Positions 46,301 to 62,499 of a stretch of DNA of 64,000 nucleotides are shown here, piece by piece; positions within the stretch are counted from its first letter, which is position 1; the number at the start of each line of letters is the position of its first letter. The translations under genes and the position numbers were made by a program. Under the pieces are notes generated by a model. It had not been told where the DNA came from. It saw only the letters and a list, made by a program, of their open reading frames with translations, and searched no databases. Origin of the DNA: Macrostomum lignano (lineage: Eukaryota); contig NIVC01003049.1 of the NCBI GenBank assembly GCA_002269645.1, positions 1-64,000 on the forward strand, written 5' to 3'.

Positions 46301-47139
46301 GTGAGTCAGACGTATCTACTTTAAAACTGTATTTATAAATTTCCACAATTTTCAGTATTTCAAGTAATCAAAGCACTTTTAACAGTTATTCTGTAAGCAT
46401 TATTTTTCACTGTCCAGCTTCTTTCCAAGCGTGAAAGGCCTCGCAGACTTTTAGCAGCTTCATCTCAGCTGGGCCGCTGCCCTCTCAGTTTCCTCCTATT
46501 TTCTATTTTCCAATTCCTGACGCCATAAGCGCCTGAGGCTGTGATGAGGCTGAGGTGGCCGTCTCAGTGGAATTGCTTCTCAAACTCTTTATGTATAATA
46601 AGAAGCTTGAGGAGCCGCTGCTTCTCCCGCAGCCGTTTTCTCCGCTAAGCTGCGGGATTAATGCGCCTAGCCTGGGCCTGCTTCAGAGGCCACTTTCTTA
46701 GAAATGGGAAATAGATCCCGTTTTCGGGGAGCCAGGAGGCTTCTCTATTCGCTTCTGCGCCGCTCTTCTGGTTACGCAATCCGATGCCAGTCTGTCACGT
46801 AGCTGCTGCTGCCGGCCCCGCCTAGCAACTGCTGTTGGGAATTGGGGAATTCGGGCCGCGATGGAACTTCGATTGAAGCTTTGAAATTAAATTCTTCCCT
46901 CCTCACAGTTTGAGCACTGAGCAGACGGTTCGTTTTTTCAGCCTCCTACCCATCTGCCAGCCCCCCACCCCAGCCCTTCTTGATTGCCGAGGCCACGCAG
47001 CGGCAATTGCGATTTTGAATTCTTCAATTTTAAATACGCTTTTTTCCGAGATTGACTCAGGTGAAAAACTGTTATTACGCTCGTGTTGCACTGGAGTTGT
47101 GCTTTAATACAATGCTGGAATTATAAATTACTGCCTGGT

Positions 47140-47790
47140 TCCCCTCCGCTACTTTCCACTTTACCCTCTGCTACCCCCTCCATTGCTTCTTACTTTGCCC
47201 TCCGCTACCCCCTCCATTGCTTCTTACTTTGCCCTCCGCTACCCCTTCCATTGCTTCTTACTTTACCCTCTGCTACCCCCTCCATTGCTTCTTACTTTGC
47301 CCTCCGCTACCCCTTCCATTGCTTTCTACTTTGCCCTCCGCTACCCCTTCCATTGCTTCTTACTTTACCCTCTGCTACCCCCTCCATTGCTTCTTACTTT
47401 GCCCTCCGCTACCCCTTCCATTGCTTCTTACTTTGCCCTCCGCTACCCCCTCCATTGCTTCTTACTTTGCCCTCCGCTACCCCTTCCATTGCTTCTTACT
47501 TTGCCCTCCGCTACCCCCTCCATTGCTTTCTACTTTACCCTCCGCTACCCCCTCCATTGCTTCTTACTTTACCCTCCGCTACCCCTTCCATTGCTTCTTA
47601 CTTTGCCCTCCGCTACCCCCTCCATTGCTTCTTACTTTGCCCTCCGCTACCCCTTCCATTGCTTCCTACTTTACCCTCCGCTACCCCTTCCATTGCTTTT
47701 TACTTTACCCTCCGCTACCCCCTCCATTGCTTTCTACTTTACCCTCCGCTACCCCCTCCATTGCTTCCTACTTTACCCTCCGCTATCCCT
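47140..47790. repeat. 34-bp minisatellite (CTTACTTTGCCCTCCGCTACCCCTTCCATTGCTT)n
   Basis: CTTAC at 47223 and 47257 (period 34). Confidence 0.95.
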
Positions 47791-47927
47791 CCATTGCCTT
47801 CTAATTTTACCCTCTCCATTGCTTCAGTGTTCCCCAGTAAACCGTACAACGTGTTCTCATCTCTTAAAAGCAGAGCTTTTGTGCTCAGAAAAGTTGTCAA
47901 AAGGCATATTCTATTGCTGGAGTGCCG

Positions 47928-47929
<2 letters not shown>

Positions 47930-48009
<80 letters not shown>

Positions 48010-48012
48010 AGA
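47930..48012. repeat. (GA)n microsatellite
   Basis: Direct reading. Confidence 0.97.
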
Positions 48013-48369
48013 GCGACTGCTTAACAAGGCTGGCAGCGGGGTCCGAACTGCGGAAGAAAGTGACTAAATTTTTTTGTGGGGCTGGCGATGGCGATCTGGA
48101 TAGTAACCAAAGCAAACTGGCTTTTCTTAGTTTTCCCTCTTTCTTTTTTACTCCCCTTAAAAAATCCCTTTCAAGTTGAAGGCTCTTTTCTGCCCGGCCA
48201 CGCGTCTTCGGGGACTGCGCGGCCACTAGGGGGGAGGAACTGGAATTCATCACTTTACCGAGCTTTCCACTGGGGCTTCCAGGCTGGAAACCCGCCCGAT
48301 CGCTCTCGCTGCACTGCCTCTCTCCGTTTGAACTGGCTGGCCTCTGATGCTACCTGTTTCCTTATTTAA

Positions 48370-48965
48370 CTCATCTCCAGTCTCCCTATGGCTCATCATC
48401 TCCAGTCTCACTGTGTCTCCTCATCTCCAGTCTCCCTGTGTCTTCTCATCTCCAGTCTCACTGTGTCTTCTCATCTCCAGTCTCACTGTGTCTTCTCATC
48501 TCCAGTCTCCCTATGGCTCATCATCTCCAGTCTCCCTATGGCTCATCATCTCCAGTCTCACTGTGTCTCCTCATCTCCAGTCTCACTGTGTCTCCTCATC
48601 TCCAGTCTCACTGTGTCTCATCATCTCCAGTCTCACTGTGGCTCATCATCTCCAGTCTCACTGTGGCTCATCATCTCCAGTCTCACCGTGTCTCATTATC
48701 TCCAGTCTCACTGTGGCTCATCATCTCCAGTCTCACCGTGTCTCATCATCTCCAGTCTCACTGTGTCTCCTCATCTCCAGTCTCCTTGTGTCTCCTCATC
48801 TCCAGTCTCCCTGTGTCTTCTCATCTCCAGTCTCACTGTGTCTTCTCATCTCCAGTCTCACTGTGTCTCCTCATCTCCAGTCTCGCTGTGTCTCCTCATC
48901 TCCAGTCTCCTTGTGTCTCCTCATCTCGTCTCACTGTGTCTCCTCATCTCCAGTCTCACTGTGTC
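48370..48965. repeat. 25-bp minisatellite (TCATCTCCAGTCTCACTGTGTCTCC)n
   Basis: TCATC at 48421 and 48446 (period 25). Confidence 0.95.
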
Positions 48966-50309
48966 CACACTGCCGATATGTTGAGTAAACAACTTTACCA
49001 AGGCGAAATCTGTCAAGAATGTCTCAATGCACTGTGTTTATGTTAGCACGCAAGCTTGTTCAAGCCACGGCCCCTGTCTGTCTCTCTGTCCCAAGTTTTA
49101 ATCAAAATGGGTTCCGAAGAAACTTATCTATTTTTTTCTCTTAACTCCCCCTAGGGCTCGGCTTGCCTGCCCGACCGCAGACTCTGCAATTCTGGAATCG
49201 CAATCCCAGTTGGCCCAGGCGCTTTAGGCTCTAGTGCAGTTCTGAGCTCTCTCCTGGGTGGCCGGATGCAGGGAGGGGCGAAACTGAACAAGTAAAGAGC
49301 GGAACAGAATCATTTGTTGGCATTTCCGCTCTCCTTATCTTCCCCTATATCTTCCTGATCCCCGTGGTGCATCCCCTCTTCAGGGTAGGATTAAGTCGAG
49401 GGAGACTGGGCAGCAACATTGTTGTGTTTGAGTCGATCCTGATCGATGCTCTCTCTCTACTGTATATTTAAGCCTTTAATACTTCAGCATACGGCTATTA
49501 AAAGTCTACAACTGAGACATCATCCTGCGCACCTACCCGTTCCTTGGGGGGGGGGGGGATTTTTCTCCCTCAAGATCGGCTGGGGCTTGACCGCGCCACC
49601 CGCTCCTAGCCGCTTGAGAGAACCGGCCCTGACGGGACCTTTCTTTTTGGCAGGGTTTCCTACACCCCTTTTTTCCCTGGAAAGATTTATTCGCTAAGGT
49701 CAAGCAGGTTTTTTCTCGCTTTTCTACTCTTTCTGTTCAAACCGAAAGAAGATCGAAAGCCAGCTTTCGTCGGTTACGGCCGGCCGGCACGCGACTCGGG
49801 AGGGTAGCGGAAGTGCGCAATGCCAGCTACTAGTGTAGGGCCCATCTCCCCTCACCCGTCTCTAACTCAGTTTGCCTGTCTGCCTCGACCCCCCTCTGCC
49901 CGTCATATCGGAGAAGCTGCTCCAGCTGCGTCGCCGTCCGCTTCCACTTCCACTAACCCGTCTTGTTGAACCCGTCAAGTGAAAGCGCGTCGGCGAGATA
50001 GAAGGGAAAAGGGGGGCTCGGCGAGCGCCTGTCAGTTCCTTCTCTTCTCCGGCGTTGCCTCTTCAGCGGGTGCCCTGCGCCTGGGCTGAGGAGAACTCAC
50101 TGGCCGTTTGAGGCGGGGGGCGAATGGAGCGGTTTTTGGGTGCCGCCCCTGCTGATTGATATTGAAAATGTCATCTCTGGCTGCGCTGCTGTCTCCTGTG
50201 TGCCGCCGCCCTGTCACCCGCCCCCTCTTTTTTGCGACAGTTTTTTTTAGGTCTAACAATTGCCTCATCGCTGAGCTCAAGCTCGGTGCGATGCGGTTCT
50301 ATCGATTAC

Positions 50310-50387
50310 TGTGACAGACAGTCAGACAGGCAGACAGACACTAAGACAGACACTAAGACAGACACACAGACAGACAGACAGACACTA

Positions 50388-50424
<37 letters not shown>

Positions 50425-50427
50425 CTA

Positions 50428-50500
<73 letters not shown>

Positions 50501-50580
50501 CTAAGACAGACACTAAGACAGACAGACAGACAGACAGACAGACACTAAGACAGACACTAAGACAGACAGATATGCAGACA
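50310..50580. repeat. (GACA)n with GACACTAA variants
   Basis: Direct reading. Confidence 0.95.
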
Positions 50581-51399
50581 TACGTCAGTAGGCAGAGAGA
50601 AAAGCCCCATATACAGACATCGCATCCGCAGCGACGCCACACCGTCACACATGTAGGTTTTGAATTCACACAGACTGTTTAAATTAAATTCTTTTGGCTT
50701 GACAAATTAATTTAGCCTCGCCAGCTTGCTCTGTTTTCATTTGTTGACAGAGCTCGGCTATCCATATTCACTAATTTGGCAGGTTTTGTGTTAAACATCC
50801 GAGCAGAATTCTGGCTTACAGTCCCGCCAACTTACTTAGAGAGGGTCAACTGGATTTAGCTGGGCATTCTGTCCTGCAAAGCTGTGTCTGAAACAGGCTC
50901 CGCTTAATACCGGCCTGTCCCGACAGAAGATTTATGACCGAGTCGGCTTACGGCTTATCCCCCTCGGCTAGGGTTGCGACCTTTTCGCTCGGAAAAATTT
51001 GGTAGAGAGAAAAAGTTGAAACTCCCCGATCCCCTTGCTGGTGCAAGCCGACTGACTTATCCCAGACGCGATCCCAGCCAGTCCACCGTAATCTGCCCAC
51101 TAGAAATGGGATTTCATTCATTTTGTCGGTCCCTTGCCGCCCAACTTTCCATCGATTTCGCGCAGTAAACACAGTCGGCGGCTGAGGCTGAGGTTTTAAA
51201 AGGCGGCGTCTGCCAGGGATTTTGGACTTGCATCCGGCAAAATCCAGGATTCTTGGCTATCGAATTCTGGCTCTTTTTAGCATTGATACTCGATTCGTGA
51301 ACTTTTCACTCGTTGTTTTTGTACGTCTTGTGGAATGCTCGGCTGAAACAGGTGGCGGACTGGCATTATAGTCTGTGGCGTTTCTGTGTGATCTAATAC

Positions 51400-51760
51400 G
51401 TCTGTCTGTGTCTGTCTGTCTGTCTGTCTTAGTGTCTGTCTGTCTGTCTGTCTGTCTTTCTTTGTGTCTGTCTGTCTGTCTGTGTCTGTCTGTCTGTCTG
51501 TCTTAGTGTCTGTCTGTCTGTCTGTCTGTCTTTCTTTGTGTCTGTCTGTCTGTCTGTCTGTCTGTCTTAGTGTCTGTCTATCTGTCTGTCTGTCTGTGTG
51601 TCTGTCTGTCTGTCTGTCTATCTGTTTGTCTGTGTGTCTGTCTGTCTGTCTGTCTATCCGTCTGTCTATCTGTGTGTCTGTCTTAGTGTCTGTCTGTGTG
51701 TCTGTCTGTCTATCTGTTTGTCTGTGTGTCTGTCTGTCTTCTGTCTGTGTCTGTCTCTAC
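51400..51760. repeat. (CTGT)n with TTAGTGTC variants
   Basis: Direct reading. Confidence 0.95.
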
Positions 51761-51854
51761 TAATCTGAGCTTTTGTCTCTACGTAAGCACAATATAATTA
51801 TAAAACGCACATGTCTACGCACGCTGACTGGGGTCTCTCATCACCGCGTCGCAG

Positions 51855-52054
51855 GCTGAACTCGAAGAGTCCAAAGCGGCAGTCACCTACGATTTCATGT
51901 TTCACCGCGGCATCGGCACCATGGTGGCTTATTTCTGGTACAGCTACGCCCTGGCTTTGGAGCGCAAGGGAGAACTCAAGGCCGCTGGGGATAAATACGA
52001 GCACGGCATCCGGTGCCAGGCCCAGCCGCTGGACTTCCTGGTCGAAAAGTTCGA
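51855..52054 (+). CDS. BUB1B: BubR1/Mad3 coding exon 4 (TPR region)
   Basis: AELEESKAAVTYDFMFHRGIGTMVAYFWYSYALALERKGELKAAGDKYEHGIRCQAQPLDFL matches the Mad3/Bub1 IG..A.FY..A..E..G..A....GI...A.P pattern. CAG acceptor, GTGAGT donor. Confidence 0.93.
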
Positions 52055-52142
52055 GTGAGTTGGCTGACCTTTATTTGTTCACTTGTAATCTATTGCAGTG
52101 TGTGCTAAGAGTTTGTCTACCTTACTGTCTGTTTGTTTAATT

Positions 52143-52158
52143 ATCTATCCATCTATCC

Positions 52159-52225
<67 letters not shown>

Positions 52226-52250
52226 CATCTATCTATCTATCCATCTATCC

Positions 52251-52289
<39 letters not shown>

Positions 52290-52302
52290 CATCTATCTAT
52301 CC

Positions 52303-52385
<83 letters not shown>

Positions 52386-52410
52386 CATCTATCTATCTAT
52401 CCATCTATCC

Positions 52411-52449
<39 letters not shown>

Positions 52450-52450
52450 C

Positions 52451-52505
<55 letters not shown>

Positions 52506-52526
52506 CATCTATCTATCTATCTATCC

Positions 52527-52577
<51 letters not shown>

Positions 52578-52602
52578 CATCTATCTATCTATCCATCTAT
52601 CC

Positions 52603-52645
<43 letters not shown>

Positions 52646-52690
52646 CATCTATATATCTATCTATCCATCTATCTATCTATCTATCTATCC

Positions 52691-52725
<35 letters not shown>

Positions 52726-52774
52726 CATCTATCTATCTATCTATCCATCTATCTATCTATCTATCTATCTATCC

Positions 52775-52838
<64 letters not shown>
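52143..52838. repeat. (CTAT)n/(CCAT) microsatellite
   Basis: Direct reading. Confidence 0.97.
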
Positions 52839-53399
52839 CCCATGCGGCAAGCGGCCAGCCGTATTTCCCCGTCGGGAATTAAGCGTCCATCCCGATCCAA
52901 TCGGCGTTTCGCCCTCAAGCACGGGCGGTGCCCCCACCAGAGCCGGGAGATTCCTAATTATTGCTTGAGCCCGGGCGTGTGCGCTGCAGGGCTGGGGCAG
53001 CTGGGTCTTAATGGAATTAGGCCCCCGCCCCGCACGCTGATTCTCACTACTCGTAGATATTCCCGCTTTGCTTTTCCCCATTCTCTTCTCCCCTCTCTGC
53101 TCCTGCCGTGCGGAGCCGGGCATGGGGGCGGCGCTAATCGCATTGTCTCGTAATTAACAGTGTTTAGGCGTCGGACTCAATCCCGGGCCAATCGGCGCTA
53201 AAACTTATTTCCCATCCCTCTTGCCCTGGCCAAGCGCTTTGTGCCAGCTTGTCAATCAGAAATATTTTCTGTAGTTCATATCGGGCATGGCACTCCGTGT
53301 TGATTGACCTTCGCGCTGGTTCACTCCCATCTGTGCCTGTCGGCTTTGCTTGTATCGGCTCGAGGGAATGAGGGTTTCCCTGTCTACCTACCTGCCTAA

Positions 53400-54605
53400 C
53401 TATCCCAGTTCCCCGATCCCAGATTCCGTATCTTCAATCAGTGATCCCATATCCCAGATCTTAGATCCCTGATCCCAGATCCCTGATCCCCGATCCCAGA
53501 TCCCCGATCCCAGATCCTCGATCCCAGATCCCAGATCCCCGATCCCAGATCCCAGATCCCCGATCCCAGATCCCAGGTCCCTGATCTCAGATCCTTGATC
53601 ACAGATCCCAGATATCATATCCTCAATCAGAGATCCCCGATCCCAGATGCTCGATCCCAGATCCCCGATCCCAGATCTCCGATCCCAGATCCCCGATCCC
53701 AGATCCCAGATCCCCGATCCCAGATCCTAGATCCCAGGTCCCGATCTCAGATCCCTGATCCCCGATCCCAGATCCCCGATTCCAATCCCAGATACCATAT
53801 CCTCAATCAGAGATCCCCAATCCCAGATCCCCTATCCCAGATTATCGATCCCAGATACCATATCCTCAATCAGAGATCCCCAATCCCAGATCCCCGATCC
53901 CAGATTCCCGATCCCAGATCCCAGATCCCCGATCCCAGATCCCCGATCCCAGATCCCCGATCCCAGATCCCCGATCCCAGATCCCCGATCCCAGATCCCC
54001 GATCCCAGATCCCAGATCCCCGATCCCAGATCCCAGGTCCCTGATCTCAGATCCTTGATCACAGATCCCAGATATCATATCCTCAATCAGAGATCCCCGA
54101 TCCCAGATGCTCGATCCCAGATCCCCGATCCCAGATCTCCGATCCCAGATCCCCGATCCCAGATCCCAGATCCCCGATCCCAGATCCTAGATCCCAGGTC
54201 CCGATCTCAGATCCCTGATCCCCGATCCCAGATCCCCGATTCCAATCCCAGATACCATATCCTCAATCAGAGATCCCCAATCCCAGATCCCCTATCCCAG
54301 ATTATCGATCCCAGATATCATATCCTCAATCAGAGATCCCCGATCCCAGATGCTCGATCCCAGATCCCCGATCCCAGATCCCTGATCCCCGATCCCAGAT
54401 CCCCGATTCCGATCCCGGATACCATATCCTCAATCAGAGATCCCCAATCCCAGATTCCCGATCCCAGATACCATATCCTCAATCAGAGATCCCCAATCCC
54501 AGATTCCCGATCCCAGATCCCAGATCCCCGATCCCAGATCCCCGATCCCCGATCCCAGATCCCAGATCCCAGATCCCCGATCCCACATCCCACATCTCAG
54601 ATCTC
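53400..54605. repeat. (GATCCCA/GATCCCC)n 7-bp array with a 460-bp higher-order duplication
   Basis: Identical translated blocks start at 53595 and 54055. Confidence 0.95.
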
Positions 54606-55561
54606 AAATCCCCAGTATAAGAATTTTTCTCCTTTTGCATTTTTCTCCGATTTTCCCTTGCCTCTCCCAAAAAAATCTGACGGGACTGCTTCCAGCGGTA
54701 TCGAATTGATTTCTTCAAAACCAATTCCGCCCGAGTTGCACGCTCAGCTGAACTAACGGGAGGGCCTTTAAAAGCGCTTGGCGCGGTCTGACTCAGACAG
54801 GCTGCTCACCCGGCATGCCAGAATTGCCCACTCTAGCATCTTAATTGCCAGTTGCAGATGTGACGTAACAAACCGCTTGGTTTAGAAAAGTTTTTAACTT
54901 ACAGCGCTGGCTTGCGTTCTGGTGGTGACAAGACTTATTAGTATTGTTGTGGTGCTCTAAAAATAGCCTCTCCTACCACGCTCCGGGTCACTCATCACGC
55001 CAGGGTCGTTTGTCAGCAACATGTTTTTTCAAGTCCATTGCCGCCCCCCCCTGCCTCCCAGCGGGCTCTCGGGATATTGAAGTGCGCATTTCAGGAAATG
55101 ATGCATTTCTCCCATGTCTGCCTAACTCCGGCTAAGATGCCCGAGCAGAGTTCTCAGTTGCTGGCCTTATGAATATGCATGATTTTCCTGCTCTGTTTTA
55201 CTTTCTGCTTCCCTGCTTCTGCTTCTATTCCATAGCCTTTATTCTCATAATTGTGCTTTTTTTTCTTTGCGTTTGTAGGCCTCGAAAACTGTACTTTAAG
55301 CTTTGTTGACCTCGTAAATGAGATTTGACAGGATGTCAGCGGCGAAATTTATAGCTTTCAAGCTTGCAGATAATGATTTATAGGTTTGATTCGGTGCTCA
55401 CCATTTGTGCAACTCAAGCTCCATAAGGGCAATCCATAAGAAATCGACTGAGCATGCGTGACCTTTGGACTCTTACAGCTCTTAGCTGGTGTTGTACTTT
55501 AAAATGAAGCCAGCTTATATTTTACTATTTCATCAAATCACCGCCTGCCGATCCCCGCAAG

Positions 55562-55803
55562 GCTGTTCAAACGCCGGCTGGCACAGCAGGCCGGCCTGCA
55601 GAGCCTCATGCTCGACGGCAACGACACGCAGACCACCAGGCCGCTGATTGGCGCCGACTCTGTGCTGGATCAGCAGCAGCAGCAGCTCGCGTCGGCAGCT
55701 GGCGGCGGCGGCGGCAACTCGCGTACTCGGAAAGCTTTGGCGGCGCTCAGGACAACAGCTGGAGGTCAGGCGCCCGTGATGCGGGTTGGCAGCGCCGTGT
55801 CGC
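55562..55803 (+). CDS. BUB1B: BubR1/Mad3 coding exon 5 (end of TPR, D-box-like RKAL, APVMRVG)
   Basis: Phase-2 join gives KFE|LFKRRLA. RTRKALAALRTT..QAPVMRVG resembles BubR1 RSTLAELK..RAPIIRVG. Donor GTGAGT, phase 1. Confidence 0.88.
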
Positions 55804-55828
55804 GTGAGTGCATTGCTTCCTGTGTATA

Positions 55829-57880
<2,052 letters not shown>

Positions 57881-58459
57881 AGCTTGTTAACTGTTCGCTT
57901 CCTAGAGTTCTGACCAGAGGTTAAGGGTAAAATACGTGCTGAAATAAATGCTTGAAGCGATACTCTGACTACCTCCGATAGCGGGTCTGACAGACAGGCT
58001 ACCGCTTTCCCTCCTTGCTCTTTGGACCGCTCGGCAGCTCCAGTGCCAGTTTGTGTTCGCAGCCGATCCCATTCTCTCTGCTTATGTTTCAACTCGGCTC
58101 GGGAAAGTCTTTTCAACCCCAGCCGCCGTGCCTTGCGCTCCGGAGTGCATTCGCATCGTCAGATAGCAACATTTGCCCTCACCAAAGACTGACAGCGACA
58201 CGAGAAACTTGTTATTTTTTTGCCTCGTCCGCCGCTGAACCGGTGTTTCTTGCTTATCTGTGTCCCGCTTGTTCTCCCATGTTTAGGAATAGGAGATGTG
58301 CTTGCCCGTGTTTATTCTCGTGCGCGCCGGTGATGGCTTCTCTGTTGATTTGACAAGGCCTTTTCTGACCCCTCCCCTCTGTTCAACTTTCTTATTGTGT
58401 CTTCCTCAATACAGTCCGTTTTCACTTCCTCTTCATTCTGCATGTATCTTCACGTATAA

Positions 58460-61000
58460 CACCCTTCCCTGATTCTATCTTAATCCCTCCAATACCCTTC
58501 CCTGGTTCTATCTTGATCCCTCCAATACCCTTCCCTGGTTCTATCTTGATCCCTCCAATACCCTTCCCTGATTCTATCTTAATCCCTCCAATACCCTTCC
58601 CTGGTTCTATCTTGATCCCTCCAATACCCTTCCCTGGTTCTATCTTAATCCCTCCAATACCCTTCCCTGGTTCTATCTTAATCCCTCCAATACCCTTCCC
58701 TGATTCTATCTTAATCCCTCCAATACCCTTCCCTGGTTCTATCTTGATCCCTCCAATACCCTTCCCTGGTTCTATCTTGATCCCTCCAATACCCTTCCCT
58801 GGTTCTATCTTGATCCCTCCAATACCCTTCCCTGGTTCTATCTTGATCCCTCCAATACCCTTCCCTGGTTCTATCTTAATCCCTCCAATACCCTTCCCTG
58901 GTTCTATCTTGATCCCTCCAATACCCTTCCCTGATTCTATCTTAATCCCTCCAATACCCTTCCCTGATTCTATCTTGATCCCTCCAATACCCTTCCCTGG
59001 TTCTATCTTAATCCCTCCAATACCCTTCCCTGATTCTATCTTAATCCCTCCAATACCCTTCCCTGGTTCTATCTTGATCCCTCCAATACCCTTCCCTGGT
59101 TCTATCTTTATCCCTCCAATACCCTTCCCTGGTTCTATCTTGATCCCTCCAATACCCTTCCCTGGTTCTATCTTGATCCCTCCAATACCCTTCCCTGGTT
59201 CTATCTTGATCCCTCCAATACCCTTCCCTGGTTCTATCTTGATCCCTCCAAACCCTCCCCTGGTTCTATCTTGATCCCTCCAATACCCTTCCCTGATTCT
59301 ATCTTAATCCCTCCAATACCCTTCCCTGATTCTATCTTAATCCCTCCAATACCCTTCCCTGGTTCTATCTTGATCCCTCCAATACCCTTCCCTGATTCTA
59401 TCTTGATCCCTCCAATACCCTTCCCTGGTTCTATCTTAATCCCTCCAATACCCTTCCCTGGTTCTATCTTGATCCCTCCAATACCCTTCCCTGATTCCAT
59501 CTTGATCCCTCCAATACCCTTCTTGATTCTATCTTAATCCCTCCAATACCCTTCCCTGGTTCTATCTTGATCCCTCCAATACCCTTCCCTGGTTCTATCT
59601 TGATCCCTCCAATACCCTTCCCTGGTTCTATCTAGATCCCTCCAATACCCTTCCCTGGTTCTATCTTGATCCCTCCAATACCCTTCCCTGATTCCATCTT
59701 GATCCCTCCTATACCCTTCTTGATTCTATCTTAATCCCTCCAATACCCTTCCCTGGTTCTATCTTGATCCCTCCAATACCCTTCCCTGGTTCTATCTTAA
59801 TCCCTCCAATACCCTTCCCTGGTTCTATCTTGATCCCTCCAATAACCTTCCCTGGTTCTATCTTAATCCCTCCAATACCCTTCCCTGGTTCTATCTTGAT
59901 CCCTCCAATACCCTTCCCTGATTCCATCTTGATCCCTCCAATACCCTTCTTGATTCTATCTTAATCCCTCCAATACCCTTCCCTGGTTCTATCTTGATCC
60001 CTCCAATACCCTTCCCTGGTTCTATCTTGATCCCTCCAATACCCTTCCCTGGTTCTATCTTAATCCCTCCAATACCCTTCCCTGGTTCTATCTTAATCCC
60101 TTCAATACCCTCCCCTGATTCTATCTTAATCCCTCCAATACCCTCCCCTGATTCTATCTTGATCCCTCCAATACCCTCCCTGATTCTATCTTGATCCCTC
60201 CAATACCCTTCCCTGGTTCTATCTTAATCCCTCCAATACCCTTCCCTGATTCTATCTAGATCCCTCCAATACCCTTCCCTGGTTCTATCTTGATCCCTCC
60301 AATACCCTTCCCTGGTTCTATCTTGATCCCTCCAATACCCTTCCCTGGTTCTATCTTGATCCCTCCAATACCCTTCCCTGATTCTATCTTGATCCCTCCA
60401 ATACCCTCCCCTGATTCTATCTTGATCCCTCCAATACCCTCCCCTGATTCTATCTTGATCCCTCCAATACCCTTCCCTGATTCTATCTTGATCCCTCCAA
60501 TACCCTCCCCTGATTCTATCTTGATCCCTCCAATACCCTTCCCTGATTATATCTTGATCCCTCCAATACCCTTCCCTGATTATATCTTGATCCCTCCAAT
60601 ACCCTTCCCTGATTCTATCTTAATCCCTCCAATACCCTCCCCTGATTCTATCTTGATCCCTCCAATACCCTTCCCTGATTCTATCTTGATCCCTCCAATA
60701 CCCTTCCCTGATTCTATCTTGATCCCTCCAATACCCTTCCCTGATTCTATCTTGATCCCTCCAATACTCTCCCTGATTCTATCTTGATCCCTCCAATACT
60801 CTCCCTGATTCTATCTTGATCCCTCCAATACCCTTCCCTGATTCTATCTTGATCCCTCCAATACTCTCCCTGATTCTATCTTGATCCCTCCAATACCCTT
60901 CCCTGATTTCATCTTGATCCCTCCAAAACCCTCCCCTGATTCTATCTTGATCCCTCCAAACCCTCCCCTGATTCTATCTTGATCCCTCCAAACCCTCCCC
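58460..61000. repeat. 33-bp minisatellite (TCTATCTTGATCCCTCCAATACCCTTCCCTGGT)n
   Basis: Direct reading; explains the PPIPFPGSILI ORFs. Confidence 0.97.
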
Positions 61001-61654
61001 AATTCTGTCTGGAGCCGTCTCCAAAACCCTTTCTTATTATTGCAGTCAGCAGCTGAGCAGATCACGGTCCATGTGCAGTAAATGATGCATTACAGTGTAT
61101 TTTGCTAGGCAATTACTCCCGAGATAAGTTCGGGGAGGGAGGTCACGATCAGGGCCTGTCTCATCTGCTTCCTGTATTTGCGTCGCCTGTGCGGGCCATG
61201 CGCGGAATATCTGAAAGATGGCGCATGCGCTTCCTCTTGGACAGATTGGGACGGATGGTCTGGAGGCTGGCGAAGTTAGGGAGCCGGCTTATAGCAGCCA
61301 GCAGTCATTAGCTTAGGATATTGGGATATTGCCCCTGTGCTGGGAAATTTTGGCGTGGATAAATCAAGTTCCGTTTAGCCGGCACAGCTCGTCCCCGGCC
61401 GGGGCATGAATTCTCCTTATGATATTATCTCCCCCCTGGCCGCTTGTCATTCCGGCCACGCCTCGCCCAGCGTCTCCGCGGGCTCTCAATTTATTTCTTT
61501 TGCGCGAGTCCGAATCTGCATCAGCATCTGCGTTGCTGCACCATGGACGGAAATCCCAGCTGTTCGTGTGCAACGGCTCGGCAATTCTCACCATGCTCTC
61601 ATCTGATGGTCCCCGGGTTCGAATCTGCGACATTGTTTTTCATTTTACGAGTAG

Positions 61655-61845
61655 TATCTATCTGTCTGCCTGTCTGTCTGGCTGTCTGTCTGTCTGTCTG
61701 TCTGCCTGTCTGGCTGTCTGTCTGTCTGTCTATCTGTCTGTCTGTCTGCCTGCCTGCCTGTCTGTCTGTGTATCTGTCTGTGTATCTGTCTGTGTATCTG
61801 TCTGTCTGTCTCTCTGTCAGTCTGTCAGTCTGTCTATCTATCCAG
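61655..61845. repeat. (CTGT)n microsatellite
   Basis: Direct reading. Confidence 0.93.
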
Positions 61846-62499
61846 ACGTGTTATGCTCATGACAGCTGCTTTGTCACCAGGGGTCAGTTGAGGGGGCAGA
61901 ACTGCCTGCCTCCTCGCTGGCTGCAGTCTGGCTGTCGATCACGGAGGGCCCTGTGCTCAGCAGCAGGCCGTTCGCTCTCATGCGGTTTTGTTTGAGCATC
62001 ACCCAAATCTAAGGGAAGTCAGGTTGTGGCCTCTGGTCCGAGCGGGCACAGGTGACAGGTTGGAGAAAGTGAAAGCGGCTTGAGCTCAGGGTAGGTGGGT
62101 TCGTGGCCGCTCAAACATCAAACAGCGGCCAAGCGTTTTCTGGGAAGGGTTTTGTGCAGCTAAAAAATCGCCCAGAGCCGTGAGATTGCTGTTGACTCAG
62201 CAAACAGGTCGCTTGCCCGCCCCACCCTGCCTGGTCTGCCAAATCTCTTCATTAAAGTCCCTTTTGCCCTCATCTGATTTTAATTCCAGCTCTCTAGGTT
62301 AGATTAGAGCGCGAAAATTTGCGGCCGAGTGGCCACTGTTTTTCTCTGCTTTGTCCACTGTTTGCTCTTCTGCTCTGCTATTCATTAGGGCAATTTTATT
62401 GCTTCTTCCTGGATGGGATTTGCCCCCCCCCCACTAATCTGTCTTTCACAGAAAATTCCCATTTCCCCTACCGCTCTCTCCATCTTCCCCTTCTGCGCC

